From: an uncultured delta proteobacterium
Lineage (GTDB): Bacteria; Myxococcota; Myxococcia; Myxococcales; Myxococcaceae
Assembly (NCBI GenBank): GCA_963796055.1
Contig: CAWCKH010000001.1
Coordinates: forward strand, 192,001 to 256,000
Direction of reading: 5' to 3'
Length of the DNA stretch: 64,000 nt
Shown here: positions 30,623 to 40,422 of the stretch, one piece after another
Layout of the letters: each line of letters opens with the position of its first letter
How positions within the stretch are numbered: the first letter of the stretch is position 1
The notes under the pieces: model-generated
Databases searched by the model: none
Told to the model about the DNA's origin: nothing
The model's input: only the letters and a program-made list of their open reading frames with translations
Translations under genes and position numbers: made by a program

Positions 30623-33520
30623 ATGACCACCCCCGCCATCCGCCGCAGCCGGACCTCGAGCCCACTCCTGACCGCAGCGCGCCCCACCCGCAAGCGGGGC
30701 GGGACCGAGGCCCGACCGCTCGTCTTCCGGTTCGATCAGCTCCCCGAGGTGAAGCGAACGGCCAGGACCTGGGACGAGGTCAAGGCCCTCCTCGGCGGCA
30801 AGGGCGCCAACCTGGCGGAGATGACGCGGCTCGGGCTCCCCGTTCCACCGGGCTTCACCGTGACCACCGAGGCCTGCCGCGCGTTCCTCGAGACCGGCAA
30901 CTGGCCGAAAGGGCTGTGGGACGCAGAGTTCGCCGCCCTGCGGGAGCTGGAGAAGCGTACCGGGAAACGGTTCGGCGATCCCACCAACCCGCTGCTGGTC
31001 TCCTGCCGTTCGGGCGCCAAGTTCTCGATGCCCGGGATGATGGACACCGTCCTCAACATCGGGCTGAACGCCCAGACGGTGGAGGGTCTGGCCGTCCTCA
31101 CCGAGGACGCACGGTTCGCCTGGGACGCGTACCGCCGGCTGATCCAGATGTACGGCACGGTGGTGCTGGGCGTCCGCGACGAGCCCTTCGAGCAGGTGCT
31201 GGCCGAGTGGCGGACCCGGCGCCGGGTGGAGAACGACGCCGACCTCGCCGCCGAGGACCTCCGCACCATCGCCGACCGCTTCCGGGCCATCGTGCGCGAG
31301 CAGTCGGGCCGCGAGTTCCCGGACGATCCAGTGGAGCAGCTGCGGCTGGCGACCGAGGCGGTGTTCCGCTCGTGGCAGGGAAAGCGGGCCCAGGATTACC
31401 GGCGCGCCGCGGGCATCCCCGACGACCTCGGGACCGCGGTGAACATCGTGGCCATGGTGTTCGGCAACATGGGTCGCAGCTCGGCGACAGGGGTGGCCAC
31501 CACCCGTAACGTGTCCACCGGCGAGGACGCGCTCGAGGGCGACTACCTGATCAACGCCCAGGGCGAGGACGTGGTGGCGGGCATCCGCTCCACCCAGCCC
31601 ATCGCCCGGCTGGCCGACGAGATGCCGGAAGCATTCACCGAGCTGCAGCGCATCGCCCGGCTGCTGGAGAAGCACTACCGGGAGGTTCAGGACATCGAGT
31701 TCACCGTGGAGCAGGGCAAGCTCTGGATGCTCCAGACCCGCGACGCCAAGCGCACCGCCCGCGCCGCGGTCAGGATCGCCTTGGACCTGGCGAAGGAGAA
31801 GCTCATCACCCGGGAGGAAGCGGTGCTTCGGGTCACCCCCGAGCACGTCGACTTCTTCCTCCACCCTCAGTTCAACCCGGAGTCGATGCGCACCGCGCGA
31901 AGCGAGCGGCGGCTGCTGGCCAGTGGGCTCAACGTCTCGCCCGGCGCGGCGGTGGGCCAGCTCGCCTTCGACGCCGACACCGCCGAGTGCTGGGCGAAGC
32001 AGGAGAAGAAGGCGGTGATCATGATCCGCGCCGAGACCAAGCCGGACGACGTGCACGGCATGCTCGCCGCGAGGGGCATCCTCACCAGCCGCGGCGGGCG
32101 GACCAGCCACGCGGCGCTGGTGGCACGGCAGTTCGGCAAGCCGGCGGTGGTGGGGGTCATGGCGCTGGAGGTGGACGCCGAGAAGAAGGAAGCCACCATC
32201 AAGCGCTCCAGTGTGGTGCTCCGCGAGGGCGACTGGGTCTCCATCGACGGGACCACCGGCGAGGTGTTCCTCGGGCAGGTGGAGACAATGCAGCCGTCGC
32301 TGGACGACCCGGCGCTGATCGAGCTCCTCGGCTGGGCCGACCGGTTCCGCCGGCTGGGGGTCTGGGCCAACGCCGACTACCCGCGGGACGCCGAGCGGGC
32401 GCGGGCGCTGGGCGCCGAGGGCATCGGACTGTGCCGGACCGAGCACATGTTCTTCGAGACCGAGCGGCTGCCCCTGGTGCAGACGCTGATCCTCTCCCGC
32501 TCGGAGGACGAGCGGCGCGAGCTGCTGGCGAAGCTGCTGCCGCTGCAGCGCAGTGACTTCGAGGGGCTGTTCCGGGCGATGAATGGACAGCCGGTGACCA
32601 TCCGGCTCCTCAATCCGCCGCTGCACGAGTTCCTCCCTGCCCACGACACCCTGCTCAGGGAGGTCACCGAGCTGGAGACCCGCCTCGAGCTGCGCTCGGG
32701 GAACGCCAAGGACCAGACCCGCGACCTGGAGGGCAAGCGGACGATGCTCGGCGCGGTGGAGCGATTGCGGGAGATGAACCCGATGCTCGGGCTCCGCGGC
32801 GTCCGACTGGGCATCCACATGCCGGGCCTGGTCCGGATGCAGGTGCGGGCCATCTTCGAGGCGGCCTGCAACTGCGCCGAGGCGGGCATCGAGGTCTACC
32901 CGAAGATCATGATCCCCCTCGTCACCCACAGGAATGAGCTCCGCTGGGAGCAGCGGGCGCTCGAGGCCGAGGCCAAGCAGGTCATGGCGGAGCGGAAGCG
33001 GAAGGTGCGCTACCAGTTCGGGACGATGATCGAGGTCCCCCGGGCGGCGGTCACCGCCGACGAGATCGCCTCGCTGGCGCAGTTCTTCTCCTTCGGGACC
33101 AACGACCTCACCCAGACCACCTTCGGCATCTCACGGGACGACGCCGAGACCAGCTTCCTCTCCGAGTACCTCACCCAGGGCATCCTCCCCGAGAACCCGT
33201 TCGATCACCTGGACGAGGGCGGGGTAGGGCGGCTGATGGAGATGGCCGTCCGGCTCGGGCGCAAGGCCCGGCCGGGGTTGAACATCGGCATCTGCGGAGA
33301 GCACGGCGGCGACCCGAAGAGCATCGACTTCTGCCACCGACTCGGGCTGGACTACGTGTCCTGCTCGCCGTTCCGGGTGCCGGTCGCACGGCTGGCGGCG
33401 GCCCATGCGGCGCTCCGGGAGGGCAAGAAGGGGGCCGCTGACCGGGCTCAGGCTCAGCGCGGAGGCAAGGTCGGGTCCGGCACCCGGCCCGGATCGTTCG
33501 GCGCCCGCGTCGGAGTGTAG
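30623..33520 (+). CDS. ppdK: pyruvate, phosphate dikinase
   Basis: LLGGKGANL, GGRTSHAA phospho-His, GLCRTEHM, SFGTNDL, GICGEHGG. Confidence 0.96.
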   Translation: MTTPAIRRSRTSSPLLTAARPTRKRGGTEARPLVFRFDQLPEVKRTARTWDEVKALLGGKGANLAEMTRLGLPVPPGFTVTTEACRAFLETGNWPKGLWDAEFAALRELEKRTGKRFGDPTNPLLVSCRSGAKFSMPGMMDTVLNIGLNAQTVEGLAVLTEDARFAWDAYRRLIQMYGTVVLGVRDEPFEQVLAEWRTRRRVENDADLAAEDLRTIADRFRAIVREQSGREFPDDPVEQLRLATEAVFRSWQGKRAQDYRRAAGIPDDLGTAVNIVAMVFGNMGRSSATGVATTRNVSTGEDALEGDYLINAQGEDVVAGIRSTQPIARLADEMPEAFTELQRIARLLEKHYREVQDIEFTVEQGKLWMLQTRDAKRTARAAVRIALDLAKEKLITREEAVLRVTPEHVDFFLHPQFNPESMRTARSERRLLASGLNVSPGAAVGQLAFDADTAECWAKQEKKAVIMIRAETKPDDVHGMLAARGILTSRGGRTSHAALVARQFGKPAVVGVMALEVDAEKKEATIKRSSVVLREGDWVSIDGTTGEVFLGQVETMQPSLDDPALIELLGWADRFRRLGVWANADYPRDAERARALGAEGIGLCRTEHMFFETERLPLVQTLILSRSEDERRELLAKLLPLQRSDFEGLFRAMNGQPVTIRLLNPPLHEFLPAHDTLLREVTELETRLELRSGNAKDQTRDLEGKRTMLGAVERLREMNPMLGLRGVRLGIHMPGLVRMQVRAIFEAACNCAEAGIEVYPKIMIPLVTHRNELRWEQRALEAEAKQVMAERKRKVRYQFGTMIEVPRAAVTADEIASLAQFFSFGTNDLTQTTFGISRDDAETSFLSEYLTQGILPENPFDHLDEGGVGRLMEMAVRLGRKARPGLNIGICGEHGGDPKSIDFCHRLGLDYVSCSPFRVPVARLAAAHAALREGKKGAADRAQAQRGGKVGSGTRPGSFGARVGV

Positions 33521-33702
33521 GGCGCCGTGGAGTAGGGGTTCCCGCACTGGCAGACCCGGCACCCTCGGCTGCTGTCGCGGGTGCAGTCGGGCGTCGTGGC
33601 GCAGCGCAGCCCTTGCGACTCGGGGCAGAGATCCTTGTCGTTCATCGCGCACGCCGGGACGAGCGCGAGCGCCAGGGTGGCGGCGAGCAGGTGCGGGCGC
33701 AT
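33454..33702 (-). CDS. small Cys-rich exported protein, probable lipoprotein
   Basis: Signal peptide ending VPAC, six further Cys, Pro-rich tail; overlaps the ppdK 3' end. Confidence 0.65.
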   Translation of the reverse strand: MRPHLLAATLALALVPACAMNDKDLCPESQGLRCATTPDCTRDSSRGCRVCQCGNPYSTAPYTPTRAPNDPGRVPDPTLPPR

Positions 33703-33736
33703 GGTCCCGCACCCTACCGCGCCTCGCGTGCCGCGC

Positions 33737-34810
33737 TCAGCGCGAGGACATGTGCTTTCCCGTCCAGAGGCTCTTGGGGATCATGCAGTGGACGCCCTTG
33801 CGCACGTCCACCACCTGGCTCACGCGACAATCGGCCGCGATTGCAACCAGCGAGTAGGCCTCGTCTCGGCTCAGGCCCTTGGTGGTGCTGAGAAAATCGA
33901 CCGCCTCGGCGACCGCGCTGGTCATCGCCTTCCCCAGATCTTCGTCGAAGCCCACGGTGATCCAGTGAGTCTTGGTCTCGATGCGCGGCCAGGTGAGCTT
34001 CATGTCCTTGCGAACGATGGGCTGGAGCTCGATCTCCTCGAACGAGCACTCGATCGCCGTGAGGTTCACCTCACCGTTCCCCTGGGCGCAGTGCGAGTCG
34101 CCGGTCCAGATCAGGCCGCCCTCGAGAAACACCGGGATGAAGATGGTGGACCCGGCGGTCAGCTCGTTGATGTCCATGTTCGAGCCGTTCTTCCAGGGAC
34201 GCAGCGTGCTCACCGGCGCCATCGGGTCCTTCACTCCGCCCTTCCGGGGGGAGGGGTCGGCGGGATCGATGCCCACCGCCAGCGTGCCGGGAAAGGGCTT
34301 GAGGGGGATCTCGATGCCGGGCTTGAAGACGACGGTGGGCTTCTTGGGATCGATGTCGAAGTAGTGGACGTGCCCCTCGGGAAACTCCGGGGCGAGGGCG
34401 CCGATGGTGGGAAACTCCTTGCCTGGGAGGTTGAAGTTCGCGCCCACCTTCTTGGGGACGATCTTCAGGATCCGGATCTCCATCACGTCGCCGGGCATCG
34501 CGCCCTTCACGTAGATGGGGCCGGTGATCGAGTGCGGGCCGCCGCCGGGGTTGGCCTTCCGGAGCTCGACAATCTTCTCCATCGTCGTGCCCTTCTGGAT
34601 CTGATCCCTGGCATGCATGAGCGTCTCGATGGAGACGATCTCGCCGGACTCGATGGTCAGCTTCGGCGGCTCCTTCGGGTCCAGCCATCCCCACTGCACG
34701 GTCTCGGGGGAGGCCTTGAGGCGGTGGACCTTGGGTGCCTCGGCGGCGTGGACCACTGCGGAGAGCACGGCGGCGCCCACGAGCGCCGGGCGCAGGACCT
34801 TGTGCAACAT
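33737..34810 (-). CDS. acetamidase/formamidase family protein with signal peptide
   Basis: HSITGPIYVKGA.PGD, PFPG, GSNMD, GDSHCAQGNGEV..TAIE. Confidence 0.9.
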   Translation of the reverse strand: MLHKVLRPALVGAAVLSAVVHAAEAPKVHRLKASPETVQWGWLDPKEPPKLTIESGEIVSIETLMHARDQIQKGTTMEKIVELRKANPGGGPHSITGPIYVKGAMPGDVMEIRILKIVPKKVGANFNLPGKEFPTIGALAPEFPEGHVHYFDIDPKKPTVVFKPGIEIPLKPFPGTLAVGIDPADPSPRKGGVKDPMAPVSTLRPWKNGSNMDINELTAGSTIFIPVFLEGGLIWTGDSHCAQGNGEVNLTAIECSFEEIELQPIVRKDMKLTWPRIETKTHWITVGFDEDLGKAMTSAVAEAVDFLSTTKGLSRDEAYSLVAIAADCRVSQVVDVRKGVHCMIPKSLWTGKHMSSR

Positions 34811-34988
34811 GTCTGTCTTCCCCTCGTCTGGCCGCCTGGAGATGGGCAGCTGGGCGGAGGGTAGGTGACCTGGACACAACGCGTCAAACCGACCGTTCGG
34901 TCCGCGCGCAAGCTCTCGCAATTGCGTTGATTCGTCCGCCCGGCCTCCTAAGCTCCGCCCGTGCAGCCTCGCCCCAGAGCTCCGCACC

Positions 34989-35981
34989 TTGCGGGCCCGG
35001 CTCGCCCTGCCGGTGGGGCTACTGGTTGCCACCCACCTGGTGGGCATCCTCGGCTACCACTGGCTGTGGCGCGACCGGGGCGGCACCTGGATGGATGCCC
35101 TGTTCATGACCTTCACCACCGTGGCCACCATCGGCTACGGCGAGGTGAAGCCGCTCGACGACGTGGGGCGGATCTTCACCATCCTCATCGCGGTCACCGG
35201 GATCGGCAGCCTCTTCTACACCTTCTCGGTCGGCCTCGATCACCTCACCAGCGACTCGATCCGGCTCTCGCGGAGGAAACGGCGCATGCAGGAGCGGATC
35301 GACAAGCTGGAGCGGCACTTCGTGGTGGCCGGCTACGGGCGGGTGGGGCGGGAGGCGGCGCACGAGCTGCGCCAGGCCCGGGTCCCGGTGGTGGTGGTGG
35401 ACCCCGGACCGGCGGCGGGGCGCATCGCCGCCGAGGCGGGCTTCCTGGTCCTGGAGGGTGATGCCGCCGAGGACACGGTGCTCGAACGCGCCGGGGTGCG
35501 CCGGGCACGGGGCCTGGTGGTCACCACCGCCAACGACGCGACCAACCTCTACGTCATCCTCTCCGCCCGGCTCCTGAATCCCAACCTCTTCATCGCCTCT
35601 CGTGCGGTGGACGAGACCTCGGCGCCCAAGCTGCTGAGGGCCGGAGCCAACCGGGCCATCAGCCCCTATGCCATCGGCGGGCGACGGCTTGCGCACCTGA
35701 TGCTCAGCCCGCGGGTGGTGGACTTCTTCGAGACCGCGCTGCAGCGCGGCAAGCAGGCCCTCCGGATCGCCGATCTGCAGATCTCGGCCTCGGCCACCCA
35801 GCGAACCCTCGGGGTGCTGATGGGGGGTGCCGCGGCGGGAGTCACCGTGCTGGCGGTGCTCCGGGGGGACCAGGTGGTGCGGTCGCCGGACCCGGCCTTC
35901 TCGCTCGGCCCGGACGACCACCTGCTGGTCCTCGGGACGGACGAGCAAATCGAGGCGCTGGAGAGCGCGATGTCCCAGTAG
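34989..35981 (+). CDS. potassium channel with TrkA-N/TrkA-C (RCK) domains
   Basis: TIGYG selectivity filter, GYGRVG, GDA; true start may be GTG 34961 across a 1-nt indel. Confidence 0.9.
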   Translation: MRARLALPVGLLVATHLVGILGYHWLWRDRGGTWMDALFMTFTTVATIGYGEVKPLDDVGRIFTILIAVTGIGSLFYTFSVGLDHLTSDSIRLSRRKRRMQERIDKLERHFVVAGYGRVGREAAHELRQARVPVVVVDPGPAAGRIAAEAGFLVLEGDAAEDTVLERAGVRRARGLVVTTANDATNLYVILSARLLNPNLFIASRAVDETSAPKLLRAGANRAISPYAIGGRRLAHLMLSPRVVDFFETALQRGKQALRIADLQISASATQRTLGVLMGGAAAGVTVLAVLRGDQVVRSPDPAFSLGPDDHLLVLGTDEQIEALESAMSQ

Positions 35982-35991
35982 CTCCGGACGC

Positions 35992-36909
35992 TCACTCCTC
36001 CGTCGCGATGGCCCGCGGCACGGCTCGCCAGGACTGGACCAGGACGATCCCGGCCGCCACGGCTGCGAGCCCGAAGCCGTCCAGGGGACGCACCGGCTCG
36101 CCGAGCAGCAGCGCCCCAAGCGCGAGCCCGAAGATGGGCGTCAGGAAGTAGAAGGCGCTCACCCGGCTCGCCTCTCCGTGGCGCAGGAGCCAGAACCACA
36201 GGAACGACGCACCGAGGCTCATGACCAGGACCAGGTAGGCCAGGCTCAGCGAGAACGACGCCGTGGGCACCAGGTGGGGCGCGCCCTCCAGCAGCGCGGC
36301 CAGCGGGAGCAGCAGCAGCGACGCGGTGCCGAGCTGGACGGTGTTGGCCGCCAGGAGATCCTCCGGCGTCCGCAGCCGCTTGAACACCACGGTCGATCCG
36401 ACCAGCGCCACCACCCCCACGAAGGCGAGCAGCACGTCGGCAGGACGGGCCGCCTGCGTCCCGGCGCGCGCGGACATCGCCATCAGGACGCCGCCGAAGC
36501 CCAGCAGCAGCCCGACGACCTTCCTCACCGTGAGCGGCTCGTCGAGCAGCGCCGGGGCGACCAGGGCCAGCAGGAGCGGGTTGGTGCTGGCGATGATCGC
36601 CCCCATCCCGGAGGAGAGGTGCCGGAGCGCCTCGTAGGTGCAGCCGAGGTACGCCGCGTTGGCCAGGACCCCGTAACCGGCGATCTGCGTCCAGGCGCCC
36701 GGCGTCCGCGGCCACGGCCTCCGGAGCGCCACCACCACGCAGGCCATCAGCGCCGAGGCGATGGCGAACCGGACGGTCAGCACCCAGAGGGGCTGGCCGA
36801 GCCGGGACAGCACACGGCTGGGAACGAAGGCCGAAGCCCAGAGGAAGACGTAGAGCAGCGCGAGGGCGGTGCCGGCGCGGCCGTGGGCACGGAGCGGGGA
36901 GGCGATCAT
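35992..36909 (-). CDS. DMT/EamA family transporter
   Basis: About 10 TM helices; WASAF, RF, LTPIFG..LLGE. Confidence 0.88.
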   Translation of the reverse strand: MIASPLRAHGRAGTALALLYVFLWASAFVPSRVLSRLGQPLWVLTVRFAIASALMACVVVALRRPWPRTPGAWTQIAGYGVLANAAYLGCTYEALRHLSSGMGAIIASTNPLLLALVAPALLDEPLTVRKVVGLLLGFGGVLMAMSARAGTQAARPADVLLAFVGVVALVGSTVVFKRLRTPEDLLAANTVQLGTASLLLLPLAALLEGAPHLVPTASFSLSLAYLVLVMSLGASFLWFWLLRHGEASRVSAFYFLTPIFGLALGALLLGEPVRPLDGFGLAAVAAGIVLVQSWRAVPRAIATEE

Positions 36910-37025
36910 CGAGGCCCCGGGGACACTGGCATCCCTGCGGCCAGGTGCAATGCACAGATCCGGCGAGGCGCCCGGGGGTCAGCTGGGCAGCCGCCGAGCT
37001 GTGTCCGCCAGACGGCGGCTCCGGC

Positions 37026-37595
37026 TCACACCCCTCGGATTCCCAGCAGGTCGTCGGCCACCGCGGCGCCGACTCCGATGGCGAGGCTCCCGAGGTACAC
37101 CGCGGTCACTCCGAGCCAGCGCTGGCGCCGGAAGGGGAAGGTCCGGGCGGCCAGGAAGGAGAGCGTCCCGAAGCCCAGCCAGACCGCGAGGAGGATCGTG
37201 AAACGCTCCGCAGGGACCCGCGTCAGCGCGAGCACAATCTCCCCCTCGTCGGAGAAGGGGCGCGCGCCGCCTACGGCGCGCTCGAGATCGAACGTGAGCG
37301 GAAACAGTCGCAAGCTCGCCTGGGTGAATGCCGCAGTCGCCCAGGCGAACGAGGGGCGCCTCTGCGCGATTGCCAGCAGCACGATCGCCAGCGCCAGCGT
37401 GACCAGCGGCCCGCCGGCCTTGCCCCACAGCCGAAGGGACTCGGAGACGGGAACGGTCGGGTCCACCCGCTGGAAGCCCATCCGGGCAGGTGTCCCGCTC
37501 AGCCAGAACACGGCGCGATGACCGAGCTCGTGCAGCTCGATGGCCGCCGCCGAAAGGACCGTCACCAGCGTCGCGCGGCGGACGAAGTTGGTCAC
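37026..37595 (-). CDS. membrane protein with an HExxH motif (M50-like)
   Basis: HELGH, AGGP, SDE; AGGAGG RBS; 8 bp downstream of mntP. Confidence 0.65.
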   Translation of the reverse strand: MTNFVRRATLVTVLSAAAIELHELGHRAVFWLSGTPARMGFQRVDPTVPVSESLRLWGKAGGPLVTLALAIVLLAIAQRRPSFAWATAAFTQASLRLFPLTFDLERAVGGARPFSDEGEIVLALTRVPAERFTILLAVWLGFGTLSFLAARTFPFRRQRWLGVTAVYLGSLAIGVGAAVADDLLGIRGV

Positions 37596-37603
37596 GCCTC
37601 CTC

Positions 37604-38176
37604 CTACCCGGCGCGCAGGTGCTCGACGAGAATCTTCACCCCGAGGCCGATGAGGATGATGCCGCCGAGCATGTCCAGCCGGCGCCCCAGCATCGCTCCG
37701 GCCCGACGTCCGACCACGAGTCCCACCACGCAGAGCACCGCGGTGGTCACGCCGATGGTGGTCACCGAGAGCGCGAACGGCGCGTCGAGCATCGGCAGGG
37801 TGATGCCCACCGCCAGCGCGTCGATGCTCGTCGCCACCGCCAGAGCGAGCATGACCCGGAGACCGAACAGATCTGCCTCGCTCCGCGGCGCCGCGTCGGC
37901 CTTCGCAGAGTGGGCCTCCCAGAGCATCTTCCCTCCGATGGCCCCCAGCAGGACGAAGGCGATCCAGTGGTCCCAGGCCTCGACCAGCGGACCGATCCGC
38001 GCGCCGATCAGCCAGCCCACGATGGGCATCAGGGCCTGGAACCCACCGAAGAACAGCGCCACCAGGAGCGCGTGACGCGCACGCACCACGGGCACAGCCA
38101 TTCCCCGCGCCGCCGACACCGCGGTCGCATCCATCGCCAGCCCCACCGAGAGGGCGAGGATGGCACCGAACTTCAT
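37604..38176 (-). CDS. mntP: manganese efflux pump MntP
   Basis: LAMDA, FQALMP, DHWIAF, ATSIDALAVG. Confidence 0.92.
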   Translation of the reverse strand: MKFGAILALSVGLAMDATAVSAARGMAVPVVRARHALLVALFFGGFQALMPIVGWLIGARIGPLVEAWDHWIAFVLLGAIGGKMLWEAHSAKADAAPRSEADLFGLRVMLALAVATSIDALAVGITLPMLDAPFALSVTTIGVTTAVLCVVGLVVGRRAGAMLGRRLDMLGGIILIGLGVKILVEHLRAG

Positions 38177-38333
38177 CACCAGAAGCTCCTGGTCACGGGG
38201 ACGGCCCTTCTACACGGGAGGGACCCGGAAGCGCTCGCCTGCCCACCATGACCGCACACAGGCGACGCGCATTCCATCCGCCCCGGCCGCAGGCCATCGG
38301 CCTTTGCCCAGGCCGCACCCCCGATCCCGACGC

Positions 38334-39440
38334 TCAGGCCGCAGGCGTTCGCGCGCTGGCCGCAGCGGCGGGGGAGGGCTGGGCCGCAGCCGTCGGCTCG
38401 CCCTCCAGAACCCAGGCCTCGAGCAGGGTGTAGCTCACGGCGAGGATGACCGGGCCGATGAAGAGCCCGATGACCCCGAACCCGAGCAGCCCCCCGATGA
38501 CTCCCGCGAAGATCAGGAGAATCGGCAGGTTCGCGCCCCGGGTGATCAGCCACGGGCGGAGCACGTTGTCCATCGTCAGGACCACCAGCGTCCAGAGCAG
38601 GAAGAACGTGCCGCGCCCGGGGGAGCCCGACCAGTAGAGCCAGACGACTCCTGGCACCATCACCAGGAATGGGCCCAGCTGCGCGATGCAGAGCAGGAAG
38701 ACCACCGCGGTGAGAAGTCCGGCGCGGGGGATTCCAGCGATGGCCATCCCGATGCCGGCGAGGGCGGACTGGATCAATGCGGTGACGATGACCCCCAGAG
38801 CGACCGCCCGGATGGCCTGTCCGGCGAGTACCACGGCGGACTCGCCTTTCTGCCCGGCGAGGCGACGAAAGAAGAGCATGACCCCCCGCGCCGCGACGTC
38901 GCCCTTGGCGTAGAGGACGATGGCGATGATCACCATCACCAGGAAGTGCACCAGCACGGTGCCGAAGCTTCCCGCCTGTTTCCCGAACCAGCGCACGACC
39001 TCGCCGACGTACGGCTCGAGCTTTGCCGAGATCGCTCCGGGCTCTGCCTGGGAGAGCTCGGTCCAGGTACGAGCGAGCCGGGCGCCGAGCGGAAACGAAA
39101 CGACCCAGTCCGGTGGCGGCGGGATCTTGAGCGTGGGAAGCGAGCGCACCAGCTGGACGAGCCGGTCCGACTGCTCGATGACCGTGTCCACGGCCAGGTA
39201 GACCGGAACCACGATGATCGCCAGGAGGACGAGCGCCATCACCGCGACCGCGGGTCCACGGCGGCGCCCGAGCCGCGCCTGGAGTCGCCGGAGCAGGGGC
39301 CAGGTGGCGACGACGATCGTCACCGCCCAGATGCCCGGCCCGAGGAAGGGCCGGACCACCCACAGGCTGCCCAGGAGCAGGCCGGCGAGGAACACGATCG
39401 ACATCACCGTCCGCGGAAGGTTGTTGATCGGCGTCCGCAT
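38334..39440 (-). CDS. AI-2E family transporter (YdiK-like)
   Basis: VATWP, AQLGP, DNVLRP, GLFIGPVILA. Confidence 0.9.
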   Translation of the reverse strand: MRTPINNLPRTVMSIVFLAGLLLGSLWVVRPFLGPGIWAVTIVVATWPLLRRLQARLGRRRGPAVAVMALVLLAIIVVPVYLAVDTVIEQSDRLVQLVRSLPTLKIPPPPDWVVSFPLGARLARTWTELSQAEPGAISAKLEPYVGEVVRWFGKQAGSFGTVLVHFLVMVIIAIVLYAKGDVAARGVMLFFRRLAGQKGESAVVLAGQAIRAVALGVIVTALIQSALAGIGMAIAGIPRAGLLTAVVFLLCIAQLGPFLVMVPGVVWLYWSGSPGRGTFFLLWTLVVLTMDNVLRPWLITRGANLPILLIFAGVIGGLLGFGVIGLFIGPVILAVSYTLLEAWVLEGEPTAAAQPSPAAAASARTPAA

Positions 39441-39492
39441 GGCATCCTCCGAAGCTGCACGACCGAGTCTAGAGGAACAGGAGCGAGGTGGG

Positions 39493-40326
39493 ATGAGACC
39501 AAGGTCTCACGGGAAGTCGCGGCGGTCATCGGGTCGGTCGAGGTCCAGGACTGCCCGGACCCCAGGACCAATCGCCGCGGAGGTGGAGGAGGTCCTCGCC
39601 TGGACCCGCTCCGCGATGCCAGCCGGTGGACGGGGGCTCCGGGTCCTGGAGGTCGGGTGCGGCCCGGGCTACCTCGCCGAGCGGCTGCTGAGAGGGGGGA
39701 TCCAGCTGACGGCGATCGACATCAGCGAGGAGGAGGTCCGCAGGGCCCGAGCGCGGGGAGTGCCGGCGATCGCCTCCGACTTCCTCTCTTTCGAGGGGCA
39801 GGACTTCGACGTGGTCCTGTTCACGCGCTCGCTCCACCACATCTCGCCGCTGGAGGCCGCGATCCGCAAGATTCGCGCGCTGCTCCGGCCCGGTGGCCTG
39901 GTGCTGGCCGACGAGTTCGCCCACGACGAGATCGACGCCGCGACCGCGACCTGGTTCTGGGATCTCCAGGCAGTCCTCGAGGAGGCCGGTGCCCTGGCGC
40001 CCGACGTCCGCCGGGGGCATCACCACCACCATGGAACGTCAGAGCAGCCCCCGGCTGACCCGGTGGAGCGCTGGCGCTGGCGGCACGTGCACGACCCGCC
40101 TCTTCATCCTGCCCGGGCGCTGATCACCGCCCTGGGGAGAGCCTTCGAGGTCACCACCCAGCAACGAGTCCCGTACCTGCATCGATACCTCTCCGATCGG
40201 CTCGAGAATTCGTCGCGAGGGACGCGGCTCTTCCTGCGGCTCCGCGCACTGGAGGAGCTCCGGATCGGACAGCGGCTGCTGGTTCCGATCGGGCTCCGGA
40301 TGGTGGCCAGGCACACCCGCGTTTGA
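39493..40326 (+). CDS. class I SAM-dependent methyltransferase
   Basis: VLEVGCGPG, FDVV, SLHH, LRPGG; start uncertain. Confidence 0.85.
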   Translation: MRPRSHGKSRRSSGRSRSRTARTPGPIAAEVEEVLAWTRSAMPAGGRGLRVLEVGCGPGYLAERLLRGGIQLTAIDISEEEVRRARARGVPAIASDFLSFEGQDFDVVLFTRSLHHISPLEAAIRKIRALLRPGGLVLADEFAHDEIDAATATWFWDLQAVLEEAGALAPDVRRGHHHHHGTSEQPPADPVERWRWRHVHDPPLHPARALITALGRAFEVTTQQRVPYLHRYLSDRLENSSRGTRLFLRLRALEELRIGQRLLVPIGLRMVARHTRV

Positions 40327-40422
40327 CCACGGGCCGTACGCCGGATACCGCCCCCGCTCTCTCATCAGCGTCCGATAAGATGCGTTATGTCAACTCGCCG
40401 GGGCGTGTACTGTTGGGCCCTG

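Noticed and set aside
38180..38333. yybP-ykoY Mn riboswitch upstream of mntP
   Set aside because: The expected GGGGAGUA...AGACC core is not visible on the minus strand
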